From Candidatus Latescibacterota bacterium (GTDB lineage: Bacteria; Latescibacterota; UBA2968; GCA-2709665), in the NCBI GenBank assembly GCA_965219455.1, contig OZ244744.1, positions 64,001 through 128,000 of the forward strand: a stretch of DNA of 64,000 bases. The letters run 5' to 3'. Positions 1 to 8,785 of this stretch are shown in pieces. Each line of letters starts with the position of its first letter. Positions within the stretch are counted from its first letter, which is position 1. The notes beneath the pieces were generated by a model. The model was not told the DNA's origin. It ran no database searches and saw only the letters and a program-made list of their open reading frames with translations. The position numbers and the translations under genes are program-made.

Positions 1-433
1 AGCCGGGATAGACTCTGAGGCAGCCCATTTCCTCCGTGGCTTCGCTGACGTGGATCATTCCTGCAATCATGGTGTTCATCCGGGTTGGCAGATAGCTCCA
101 GTCCTGGTGCATGTGGAAGGGTGTCGGCGCCGTTGTCATCCGCTTCTCGAAGAGCGTGGAATGGTTGAGCACGACGTCGGGGCCGATGAGCTGTTCGACA
201 ATGTCGAGGAACCTATTGTGAAGCAGGGCCGCCATCCACAACCCCGAATACTGCTGCACATTGCGCGTATTGATGACACCTTTATTGTTCGAGGCGCCGC
301 TGTCGTCGTGTCCGTTGAGTTGATGTACAATTCGATCGAATTCGCCTTCAAGCCGGCCCACTTCGTCCGGCGAAAAGACGCATTTGGCCAGGTAGTAGCC
401 GTTTTCCTCGAAAAATGTGCGCATTTTGTTCAT
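1..433 (-). CDS. Phytanoyl-CoA dioxygenase (PhyH) family Fe(II)/2OG oxygenase, runs off the window start
   Basis: Not in the ORF track; my translation from ATG at 433 (SD GGGAGG) gives MNKMRTFFEENGYYLAKCVFSPDEV...IVEQLIGPDVVLNHSTLFEK...FHMHQDWSY...EEMGCLRVYPG, with the F.ENGY, HQD and GCL.V.PG motifs. Confidence 0.85.
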   Translation of the reverse strand, partial: MNKMRTFFEENGYYLAKCVFSPDEVGRLEGEFDRIVHQLNGHDDSGASNNKGVINTRNVQQYSGLWMAALLHNRFLDIVEQLIGPDVVLNHSTLFEKRMTTAPTPFHMHQDWSYLPTRMNTMIAGMIHVSEATEEMGCLRVYPG

Positions 434-448
434 TTTACCCTCCCATCT

Positions 449-1477
449 TTATTCCAGATCCAAAACCACTTCCAGCCCGGTACGCGCGGATTCTTCAGTT
501 GCTTCCAGCACTTTGAGGACGTTCAGGCCGTGAACCTGGGGTATCGGCGTATCCTCGTCGCCTCGTTCAAGCGATTCGATAAACTCGGTGAATTCGTCCA
601 GCAGGCTGTCGCGAACCGGCACGGTCTCGCGTCGCCAGGTCCCGTCGCCGGTGTCGGCGATGAACAACGCCGGCGGACCTCCCCCGCCGTATGGCAGCCG
701 GAAGCGCGCCATTCCCCCCGTGAAGAACCAATCGCCGCCGTATTCCGTGGCCCCGCGCTCCCAGGCGATTCGGCTCACCGTCGCGACGATACCGCTCTTC
801 CATCGGATAAAGTACATGCCGGTATCGTCGCAGTCGATGGCGGGATGTTCGGATTTCGGGTAGGTGAACTGCCCCTGCCGCGCCGAAACGGTGGCGACGT
901 CGTTCCCGATGATCCAGAGCAGCCGGTCGATCTGGTGGGCGCCGTCCATCTGGCCCATCCCGCCGCCCCGTTCGCGGTCCAGCATCCACTCCGGGCGTTT
1001 GTAGGGAACGTAAGGCTTGTGCCACATGTCATAAGCCATGATCACCGAACCCAGGTCACGGCTGTCGACGACGCCCTTCATCGCCTGTACCGCCGGGAAG
1101 TAACGCTGGGTGTGCGCGGTCATGAGCTTGACGCCATTCTCCCGGGCCGCGGCCAGCATCTCCTCGGCCTGCCACGCCCATGCCGCGGTCGGTTTCTCCA
1201 TGTAGATGTGTTTCCCGGCGGCCGCGGCATCCAGCGCGGCCTGGTAATGGAGCCAGTGCGGCAACGTCCCGATGACGACGTCAACGTCGTCGCGTTCCAG
1301 GGTTTCCCGATAGTTGGAAACGAAATCGACGCTGGGATGCATGCTGCGCCAGCGAGCGGCGGCATCTTCCCTGGGCTCGGCGACCACCCTGATTTCCGCG
1401 CCGGGCGTCTTTTTCACAACGTCGATGTACCCGCCGCCGATGCGGCCGGTTCCCAGAACTGCGACACCATAAGCCAT
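449..1477 (-). CDS. Gfo/Idh/MocA family oxidoreductase
   Basis: N-terminal VAVLGTGRIG Rossmann motif, GKHIYMEKP, GGG..DGAHQID; start moved to MAYG at 1477. Confidence 0.9.
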   Translation of the reverse strand: MAYGVAVLGTGRIGGGYIDVVKKTPGAEIRVVAEPREDAAARWRSMHPSVDFVSNYRETLERDDVDVVIGTLPHWLHYQAALDAAAAGKHIYMEKPTAAWAWQAEEMLAAARENGVKLMTAHTQRYFPAVQAMKGVVDSRDLGSVIMAYDMWHKPYVPYKRPEWMLDRERGGGMGQMDGAHQIDRLLWIIGNDVATVSARQGQFTYPKSEHPAIDCDDTGMYFIRWKSGIVATVSRIAWERGATEYGGDWFFTGGMARFRLPYGGGGPPALFIADTGDGTWRRETVPVRDSLLDEFTEFIESLERGDEDTPIPQVHGLNVLKVLEATEESARTGLEVVLDLE

Positions 1478-1580
1478 AAGGCACAAACCTGCTTTCCAGA
1501 CGATTAACAACACATCGCTTCTTGCAGGAAAAGGCGACCGCCGCTCAGCCTTGTCAACATCCTTCTTTTGCCTGCAGCGC

Positions 1581-1700
1581 TCAGGACAGCCACGCGCTGG
1601 CAAACACGAGCGCTGCCGGAATGAAGAAAAATGCGCAGATAATGTATACGATGGCCAACCATTTCGGTTCACTTCCGAGCCTTGCAAGCCACTCGGCTCC
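1581..1700 (-). pseudogene. C-terminal remnant of a Na+/phosphate symporter (NptA-like)
   Basis: Frame reads GAEWLARLGSEPKWLAIVYIICAFFFIPAALVFASAWLS*, resembling the last helix of NptA/PNaS proteins; no start codon before the upstream in-frame stop. Confidence 0.45.
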
Positions 1701-1998
1701 CGTGAATCGACGCGGGCCCGTTGCGAGACGAGAAGATGCGAGGAGCCAAAGGGTCCTTAACGGTGATTATTCTACGAACGCCGCCGCGGACTCTGCTTGT
1801 GTCCGTACCATCAATGTAGCTCTTGACGTTTCGATGCACAATACCGATATAAAACGATATGAAACTCCGAAAGATGAGAGCGGTTTCAATGGCAATATCG
1901 TGCGAAGGTCGAGCAAACGTGCGATGCGAGTCAGCGTAGCAATCCATTTCAATTCTGGGGAAATCCATTAACGGACGAACTAACGGGAGGATATCGAT

Positions 1999-2736
1999 AT
2001 GTCGGATGAAATCGCAACGGCCACTCCAGCGGCGGAAAATCCCCCCGACCGCGCAGCTCGGTGCGCCGGCGTCCTCTTGCTGCTAACCGCGCTCTTTACA
2101 GTCGCGATGGTTTACACAAGAGTGACTGCCGACGCCGACCAGGCACCGCTGTTGAAGTCTCTTCAAGCTGTCGCAGAACACCCCATGATGTACATCGTCT
2201 CGGGAATTGCCCGCGCGATTTCCGGATTGACGATGCTCGTGGCAGGCTGGTTGTTGCTGCATACCTGGATCATCCGTGGGCGCTGGGCAACGCCGTTCGT
2301 CCCGTATCTGTTCGTTCTCTCGGGTAGCTTCACCGTCGCTTCAGGAGCCTTTGCCATCCTTATAGCGTCTCAGCTGGTGCCGGAGGCCATTTCAGCCGGC
2401 GGCCTTACTGCCGCGACCGAAGCCACTGCATTGAACCTGTCGGATAACCTTCGGTGGATAACCGGCAAGCTGGGTTTTTCCGCGGCCGGGATCGCGCTGG
2501 CAGTCGCCGCACGATATCAGTGGCGGGTAGGTGGAACCCTTAGAAGAATAGCGCCGGTATCGGCGACATTGGGCGTCGCGATGCAATTCATCTGGCTCAG
2601 CGCGCCAACAGGGATTCATCCGGTGATCGGAACTGCGTTTCTCCTCTGGCTGATCACTATCGGGACCCTGCTGGCCAGCGGCCGGGTCGAACGGCAATAT
2701 TCGGCGGCTTATGGACGTAGAACCCGATCAGTGTGA
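1999..2736 (+). CDS. Hypothetical integral membrane protein (about 6 TM helices, DUF4386-like)
   Basis: SD GGGAGG upstream; alternating hydrophobic segments. Confidence 0.7.
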   Translation: MSDEIATATPAAENPPDRAARCAGVLLLLTALFTVAMVYTRVTADADQAPLLKSLQAVAEHPMMYIVSGIARAISGLTMLVAGWLLLHTWIIRGRWATPFVPYLFVLSGSFTVASGAFAILIASQLVPEAISAGGLTAATEATALNLSDNLRWITGKLGFSAAGIALAVAARYQWRVGGTLRRIAPVSATLGVAMQFIWLSAPTGIHPVIGTAFLLWLITIGTLLASGRVERQYSAAYGRRTRSV

Positions 2737-2950
2737 CGATCGAATGACTCGTCTGCCGGCGGTATGGCTCATCCTGTCAGGCGTGGCACGAAAAGAGTCC
2801 GATCGGCCGTTTGTAACACCTCGGTGGGGTTCTGTGAAAACCTCGAAGACACCTGAAGTTGAGAAACAACGAGCGTTCTGCAATCCTGGTGCTCCGGGTC
2901 CGGACCGCCACGACATCGGTAGCCGCATGCATGGGGGTGATCGTCAAGCC

Positions 2951-3769
2951 TCAGAATTGCCCCCGGCGGAACGCGTATCGGAGTTCGCCCGTCAGGAGCC
3001 GCCGCTGTTCCGGCGTCACCCGTTCCAGCAGATCAGCCGGCGGGTCATAGCGACTCCACGTCTGCATGAACGGCGCCGTGTATCCATAGACCAGCGAATA
3101 GCGTGGCGGCGCGCCGGGTGTCAGTCTGGGCCCGGCGTGTATCAGCGTTTCGCTCAGGATGAGCACGTCCCCGGCACGGGATTGTAGTTGCCGCGCCAGG
3201 GCCTCGTCCATGAATTCGCGCAACGTTCCCGTGGGCATATTCATTCGATGGCTTCCCGGCACCACCCAGGTGCCGTCCCCCGGACTGTTGTCGGTCAGGT
3301 AGATGAACGCTTTGCTGAACATACAGTGAAAGTGCCCATTGGCTTCAAAGCTGCCGACGTTCGGGGCGATGCCCCGGTGCCAGCCTTCATCGGCGACATT
3401 GGACGCGCAGGGCACGATTTCGTCTTCCGCCTCATTCGGATAGTTGATGAGGTATTGGTGCTCCTCAAGGCGCACGTCACCGCCGACCACGTCCTGAATG
3501 ACGGGTAACAGAACCGGGTGCATCGTCGTTTCCAGCAGATGGGGATGATACCAGGCGCATCGGGAGAGAACCGTGAGCGTCGGTGTCTTCGGATACCCGT
3601 CGTGCTTGTATGCGCACGCGTCATCGGCGTCCATCGTGTCTGCGAGGTCGATGAAACGGCGGCACTCCGCCGGACTGAAAACACCTTGAAGCAGGACATA
3701 TCCGTTGACGTCGAAGAAATAACGTTCCGCGGGCGCCAATTTGGTTCTCGCTTCCGTGTCGGTTTCCAA
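2951..3769 (-). CDS. PhyH family Fe(II)/2OG oxygenase, HxG variant
   Basis: YFFDVNGY, VVPGSH, AGDVLILSETLIHAG, RYSL; first metal motif is WHRG; TTG start with GGAGG. Confidence 0.85.
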   Translation of the reverse strand: METDTEARTKLAPAERYFFDVNGYVLLQGVFSPAECRRFIDLADTMDADDACAYKHDGYPKTPTLTVLSRCAWYHPHLLETTMHPVLLPVIQDVVGGDVRLEEHQYLINYPNEAEDEIVPCASNVADEGWHRGIAPNVGSFEANGHFHCMFSKAFIYLTDNSPGDGTWVVPGSHRMNMPTGTLREFMDEALARQLQSRAGDVLILSETLIHAGPRLTPGAPPRYSLVYGYTAPFMQTWSRYDPPADLLERVTPEQRRLLTGELRYAFRRGQF

Positions 3770-4014
3770 CGTGATTCGCCTCCGTCAAGGTCTTGAAAGT
3801 GCGTTACCGTCCTATTTGGGTTGGATGGGAACGGTCGCATTTTAGTTCAATTAAGGCGGTACCTATAATTGTAACGAAAAAACTCAGTTTGCGACAGGTG
3901 CGGCGCGGTCATAAATTTCTTATGATGAGCGGGAATCCGAACTATCTTCCTGGGTACCGGATGGTTCTTTCAGGATTCACGAATCTGCCCATCCACACGA
4001 CAAGGGATTGAATC

Positions 4015-5271
4015 ATGGCCATAAAGCGGGGCAAACAGCGGATACGGGTCGGCGTGGTCGGTGTCGGCCGGGGCCGCTCCTTTACGCGGGCGGCCGGAGC
4101 GACCGGCATGGAACTGGTCGCAATTTGCGACACCTGGGAAGAGCGGCTGATTGCGGAAGGCAAGACGCTGAACGTACGGACCCACGTCGATTACGACGAA
4201 TTTCTCGGCTGCGACATGGATGCGGTCGTGCTGGCCAACTATTTCCACCAGCACGCGCCGTTCGCCGTTAAGGCGCTCGACGCCGGAAAACACGTCATGA
4301 GCGAAACCGCAGCCTGCCATACGCTGGGCGAAGGCGTGGCCCTGGCGCGGGCCGTCGAAACAAGCGGCAAGATCTACATGTTTGCCGAGAACTACCCCTA
4401 CATGGTCTTTAACCAGGAGATGAAGCGGCTCTATCAAAAAGGCCGCGTGGGTGAGTTCAAGTACGGCGAGGGCGAATACGTCCACCCGGACCCGCCCGAG
4501 GTGAAACTGGCGCGAAGCTGCGGGCGAGACCACTGGCGCAACTGGATCCCCGCCACGTACTACTGCACCCACTCCATTGCCCCGGTGATGTACATCACCG
4601 ACACCAGGCCCACCAGGGTAAACGGCTTTGTCATCCCCTTTGATTTTACCGACCCCGCCCAGACGCTGCACATGAGGCGCTCGGACACCGCCGCGGTGAT
4701 CATCTGCCGCATGGACAACGACGCGGTGATGAAATCCCTGCACGGCGGGCTGCGCGGTCACGGAAACTACGTCCGCATCCACGGCAACAAGGGGGTGATG
4801 GAGAACTGCCGTCACGGCGACAAACAGCGGCTGCGCGTCTGGTACGAACCGTGGGAAAAGCGCAGGGGCGAGCCGGTCGAAACGGTCTACAAGCCCGACT
4901 TCCCCGTCCACCATAACCGGGCAACCCGCGCCGGACACGGTGGCGGTGACTTTTTTACCACCTACCACTTTGCCGAGGCGATCCGCACAGGCGAGCCCCC
5001 CTATCTCAATGTATATCGCGGCCTGGACATGAGCATCGCCGGTATCCAGGCGTGGCGTTCCGCGCTGAACGACTCGGCCCCCATGGAAGTGCCCGACTTC
5101 CGCAGCGAATCGGTGCGCAAAAGATACGAAGACGACCACTGGTCGCCCGATCCCGCCCGCAGGAAGCCGGGACAGCCGCCCTCCAGCATCCTTGGCGAAA
5201 TCGAACCGTCAGACGAGGCCAAAAAGCTGGCCAGAAAGGTCTGGGCGGCACAGGGGTATACGGGGGAGTGA
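4015..5271 (+). CDS. Gfo/Idh/MocA oxidoreductase, GH109-like NAD-dependent glycosidase subgroup
   Basis: VGVVGVGRG, GKHVMSE, FAENYPY, YGEGEYVH, YCTHS, GHGGGDF. Confidence 0.85.
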   Translation: MAIKRGKQRIRVGVVGVGRGRSFTRAAGATGMELVAICDTWEERLIAEGKTLNVRTHVDYDEFLGCDMDAVVLANYFHQHAPFAVKALDAGKHVMSETAACHTLGEGVALARAVETSGKIYMFAENYPYMVFNQEMKRLYQKGRVGEFKYGEGEYVHPDPPEVKLARSCGRDHWRNWIPATYYCTHSIAPVMYITDTRPTRVNGFVIPFDFTDPAQTLHMRRSDTAAVIICRMDNDAVMKSLHGGLRGHGNYVRIHGNKGVMENCRHGDKQRLRVWYEPWEKRRGEPVETVYKPDFPVHHNRATRAGHGGGDFFTTYHFAEAIRTGEPPYLNVYRGLDMSIAGIQAWRSALNDSAPMEVPDFRSESVRKRYEDDHWSPDPARRKPGQPPSSILGEIEPSDEAKKLARKVWAAQGYTGE

Positions 5272-5390
5272 CGTCAATCTGAGACCACGGGGTGACACTC
5301 CCGGCACTGAATCTATGGGTATGCCGTTCCCGTTTCAATGTGCGCCGTCATGGCACAGGACCTGCGTCTTCCGGAGTTACCGGTGAATGG

Positions 5391-6167
5391 TTAGTTCTGT
5401 GTATGGAGATGATTCCCGGGCGGCTTGAAGAGGGAAATTCGGTTGCCCGCGATGTCGTTGAAGATCGCGAGCGAGCCGAAGCCACCGGGAATCTCTTTGG
5501 GTTGCATCAGGGCCGTTGCGCCAAGGCTGACCGCCTTGTCGAGATAGGCTTGCAAATCGTCAACCATAACGGCAACCGAAGGGGCGTTGGGCGGCATACC
5601 ATCCATGTGCTGGAAGATGCCGCCGCCGATGCCTGCCGGCTCTTGCTTCACGAGGCGGTAGTTCATCTCTTGCATAAGGGTGGTCTGCCAACCGAACATT
5701 TCGGTGTAGAAATCGTTAAGCGCTTCTGCGTCGCTTCCGCCGACCTCAAAATGCACGACCGGCGGGGCGTTGCCCTCTGGCGGCATCTCGCCGTCCCATT
5801 CGGCAGGCATGGAGTACAGACCAACGGTGTTGTGGGCGGGGTCTGTGAACGTGGCAATGGAACCCATGCCGGGCGCAATCTCCATCGGCGGCATCACCGC
5901 AGCTCCGCCCATCCCTGACAGCTTATCCAGGGCTGTCCGTAGATCATCAACCTGAATGTAGAAGGTCACATAGTTGCTGACAGGCATGTCCTCGGTGGTT
6001 TCCATGATACCGCCGCCGATGCCGCCTTCGTTGGTCTGCACCAAACCGTAGTTGCCCATCTCCTCGCCCTGCGTCTGCACGTTCCAGCCGAAGAGGTCTC
6101 TGTAGAACTGCTGCAAAGCGGGGCCATTGGGGCCCGCGATTTCAAAGTGGACTACCGGGTTTCCCAT
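5391..6167 (-). CDS. VOC/glyoxalase family protein with two tandem domains
   Basis: Duplicated PVVHFEI/V..FY..FGW..GIGGGI..VDDL..D.A.N modules. Confidence 0.9.
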   Translation of the reverse strand: MGNPVVHFEIAGPNGPALQQFYRDLFGWNVQTQGEEMGNYGLVQTNEGGIGGGIMETTEDMPVSNYVTFYIQVDDLRTALDKLSGMGGAAVMPPMEIAPGMGSIATFTDPAHNTVGLYSMPAEWDGEMPPEGNAPPVVHFEVGGSDAEALNDFYTEMFGWQTTLMQEMNYRLVKQEPAGIGGGIFQHMDGMPPNAPSVAVMVDDLQAYLDKAVSLGATALMQPKEIPGGFGSLAIFNDIAGNRISLFKPPGNHLHTQN

Positions 6168-6323
6168 TATTCCTCCTGACGTTTATGGAAGTTAATTGCT
6201 TGCCTGAACACTGGTATTTAGAACAAATCCCTTTTCGTTTCAAGCGCCTCTTGGGCCAGATTCACCAAAGGACACACCCGCTGGCCGAATACGTTGTAGA
6301 TCACCAAAACTGCATGACGTTCC

Positions 6324-7781
6324 CTACATCGGTCCAATGCGTTCCGGTCCCCTGTCCATGGCGAGCATGGACGCATCGAAACTGCGCTGCATGAGGTCGA
6401 TTTTCAAGTCTGCATGATCGGCGCTGTCCCAGAGATTCTCAAACTCCCCCGGATCTTCGTCCAGGTCGTAGAGTTCGCCCAGGCCGTGCCCGTGATAGAC
6501 CACGAGTTTGTATCGCCGGTTGCGATACATCGTGGCAAACGTCCCGTCGGCCTGGTCAAGCGCGTCGTAAAATTCACAGCGCACGAATTCTCGATGTTCG
6601 TCCGCTGGCTTCTCGCCGCCGAGTATGGGCAACAAAGAACACGCCTGCATGCGCTCGGGCACCGGTAATCCGGCCAGATCCAAAAGGAGCGGGGCGATGT
6701 CGCGCAATTCGACGAGTGCGTCGCTTTTTTTCCCCGATTTCACCCGACCCGGCCACGAAAAAATAAGCGGCACCCGCACCAGGCCTTCGTAAAAACGGCA
6801 TCCCTTCTGAATCAGCCCGTGGTCTCCCAATGTTTCGCCATGATCGCTGGTGAATATTACAAGTGTATTGTCGCGCTGTCCGGTGTCCTCCAGCGCTGAA
6901 ATGATCCGCCCGAGTTGATCGTCGATCAATTTGATCATGGCATAATACCCGGCGATCAGCGTTTTGGCGCCCCGTTTTCCCGCTGTCTCCGGCTCCCGCA
7001 ACCCGTGGGTCTGCGTCCAGGGTATCACGGGGCTCTTGATGTCCAGGGCATCGGGACGGCGCCCTTTGGATTGAAAGTCGATGGCTTCCAGCTTCTCCTG
7101 CTGCGCCAGATCGCTTTCTCTGAACAGCGGCCCGTTCACCTGTTCCGGATCGAACAGATCGCGGTACGTCCTGGGCGGGTTGAATGGCGGATGCGGGTCG
7201 TAGATGTTCACGGAGGCCAGCCAGGGGCCGTCATAGGCTTCGCTCAGGAATTCGATGGTTTTCTCCGCGCACCACGTGGTCTGATGCAATTCCGCGGGCA
7301 CGCCATCGGAACTGTTGATTAATTCCCCAAGTACCTCCCCCTTCGATCGTACCCAGTCGGCGTAGTCGTGCCCGGTCTCCCAATCGTCCCGGGGCGCGTG
7401 GCTGTATTGCCAGTACCGGTACCCGTCATCAACCCGCGCCTCGACGCGCCCGAATGCGCTGGACAGGTGCAACTTTCCAATCAACCCGCAATCGTAGCCA
7501 CCGTCGGCCAGCATCTTCGTGACCAACGGCGTCGTATCCGGAAAGTGCGAATTCCCGTTTCCGTTCACATGGACGGCGCTCGCGTATTGTCCGGTCAAAA
7601 AACTCGCCCGGCTGGGTGTGCAGATCGGACTCTGACAAAACGCGTGCGTAAATGCGAATCCCTCGGCCACGAGGCGATCGATATTGGGCGTGTCGACGTG
7701 GGGGTTCCCCAGAGCGCCAATGGTATCGTAGCGCTGCTGGTCCGTACAAATCCACAGGATGTTCGGCCGGGATCCTCTCAT
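6324..7781 (-). CDS. Formylglycine-dependent sulfatase
   Basis: RPNILWICTDQQR, CTPSRAS (CxPxR), GKLH, FTSDHG, ELYDL..DP.E..NL. Confidence 0.95.
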   Translation of the reverse strand: MRGSRPNILWICTDQQRYDTIGALGNPHVDTPNIDRLVAEGFAFTHAFCQSPICTPSRASFLTGQYASAVHVNGNGNSHFPDTTPLVTKMLADGGYDCGLIGKLHLSSAFGRVEARVDDGYRYWQYSHAPRDDWETGHDYADWVRSKGEVLGELINSSDGVPAELHQTTWCAEKTIEFLSEAYDGPWLASVNIYDPHPPFNPPRTYRDLFDPEQVNGPLFRESDLAQQEKLEAIDFQSKGRRPDALDIKSPVIPWTQTHGLREPETAGKRGAKTLIAGYYAMIKLIDDQLGRIISALEDTGQRDNTLVIFTSDHGETLGDHGLIQKGCRFYEGLVRVPLIFSWPGRVKSGKKSDALVELRDIAPLLLDLAGLPVPERMQACSLLPILGGEKPADEHREFVRCEFYDALDQADGTFATMYRNRRYKLVVYHGHGLGELYDLDEDPGEFENLWDSADHADLKIDLMQRSFDASMLAMDRGPERIGPM

Positions 7782-7812
7782 GTACTCTCCTTCTGCGGAC
7801 TGAAGATGCAAG

Positions 7813-8658
7813 TCACGCGATTCCTCGGTCTACAAGCCTCATACCGTCCTTCATCCAATCGCTGATGCAGGTGACGTCATTGACGGCCCGCATTGCGATA
7901 TTTCGCGATGCCTGACGAAGGTCCAGCCTTCGAACGACAATCTCGTCGGAAAACATACCGGCTTCCGCCATCACATTGCCATCCGGGTGAATGATCTTCG
8001 ATTCACCATGCGATGACCCTGCGCGGTCGATATTGGACGGATCGGCGGGTGCATTCGCCATCACCACGTAAATCCCATTCTCGGTCGCACGGCTGATGGG
8101 CATGGCCCGATAGGCCGACAATTTGTGCTCCGACGTGACCGAACTCTCACAACTGGAGAAAAAGCAAAGCATCGCGCCGGCCGCCGCAGGCAGCCGCACG
8201 AGTTCGGGGTAACGAATATCGTGACAGATCAGGAAACAGGAAGGTACGCCGCACAGCCTGTAAATGGGCAGATGCTGTGCGGGCTCATACCAGCGCTCAC
8301 CCGCAAGATGGATCTTGCCGTAGCGCCCCGGCACCGTGCCGTCCCGGTCTACAATGAGCAGACTATTGTAGCGCCGGACGCCGTCCAGATGGGTCGAGCC
8401 GACGACAGCCGCGATGCTTTTTTCACGGCAGGCCCGGATAATCTGCCGCTCCGCTTCTTCGATGCGGGTTTGATCCAGGCTCGACCAGAATTCGGAGCGG
8501 TCGGAATAGCCGTGCAGGACCCCTTCGTGAAACGCGGCCACGTCCACGTCCTCACGGGCACAGGTGTTCAGCCGGTCGACAACCCTGCACGCATTCCCTT
8601 CGATGTCCTCACCGGCATGCATTTGAACTGCGGCAACGCGCAACCACCTGCGGGGCAT
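7813..8658 (-). CDS. Carbon-nitrogen hydrolase (nitrilase superfamily)
   Basis: LRVAAVQ, FHE, YGKIHL, ICHDIRYPE (E-K-C triad), RATENGIYV; start MPRR at 8658 with SD AGGAGG. Confidence 0.9.
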   Translation of the reverse strand: MPRRWLRVAAVQMHAGEDIEGNACRVVDRLNTCAREDVDVAAFHEGVLHGYSDRSEFWSSLDQTRIEEAERQIIRACREKSIAAVVGSTHLDGVRRYNSLLIVDRDGTVPGRYGKIHLAGERWYEPAQHLPIYRLCGVPSCFLICHDIRYPELVRLPAAAGAMLCFFSSCESSVTSEHKLSAYRAMPISRATENGIYVVMANAPADPSNIDRAGSSHGESKIIHPDGNVMAEAGMFSDEIVVRRLDLRQASRNIAMRAVNDVTCISDWMKDGMRLVDRGIA

Positions 8659-8785
8659 ATCGACCTCCTGAGAGATTGGCAATTTGCGGAGCGCTCGCAA
8701 TATAACACGCGTCAGGGAACCGCGCGAGAGGCAACAAAGGAGGGGCGGAAAGGTAACTACACGTAACGCCGGAGGGCGCGCCGGT

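Noticed and set aside
50-1507. Long plus-strand ORF (485 aa), and similar long antisense ORFs such as 3970-5139, 34137-35222, 35433-36602, 40097-41290, 44548-45555, 49591-50646, 62178-63119
   Set aside because: Each mirrors a well-supported gene on the opposite strand; such shadow ORFs are expected from high-GC codon bias and show no family motifs
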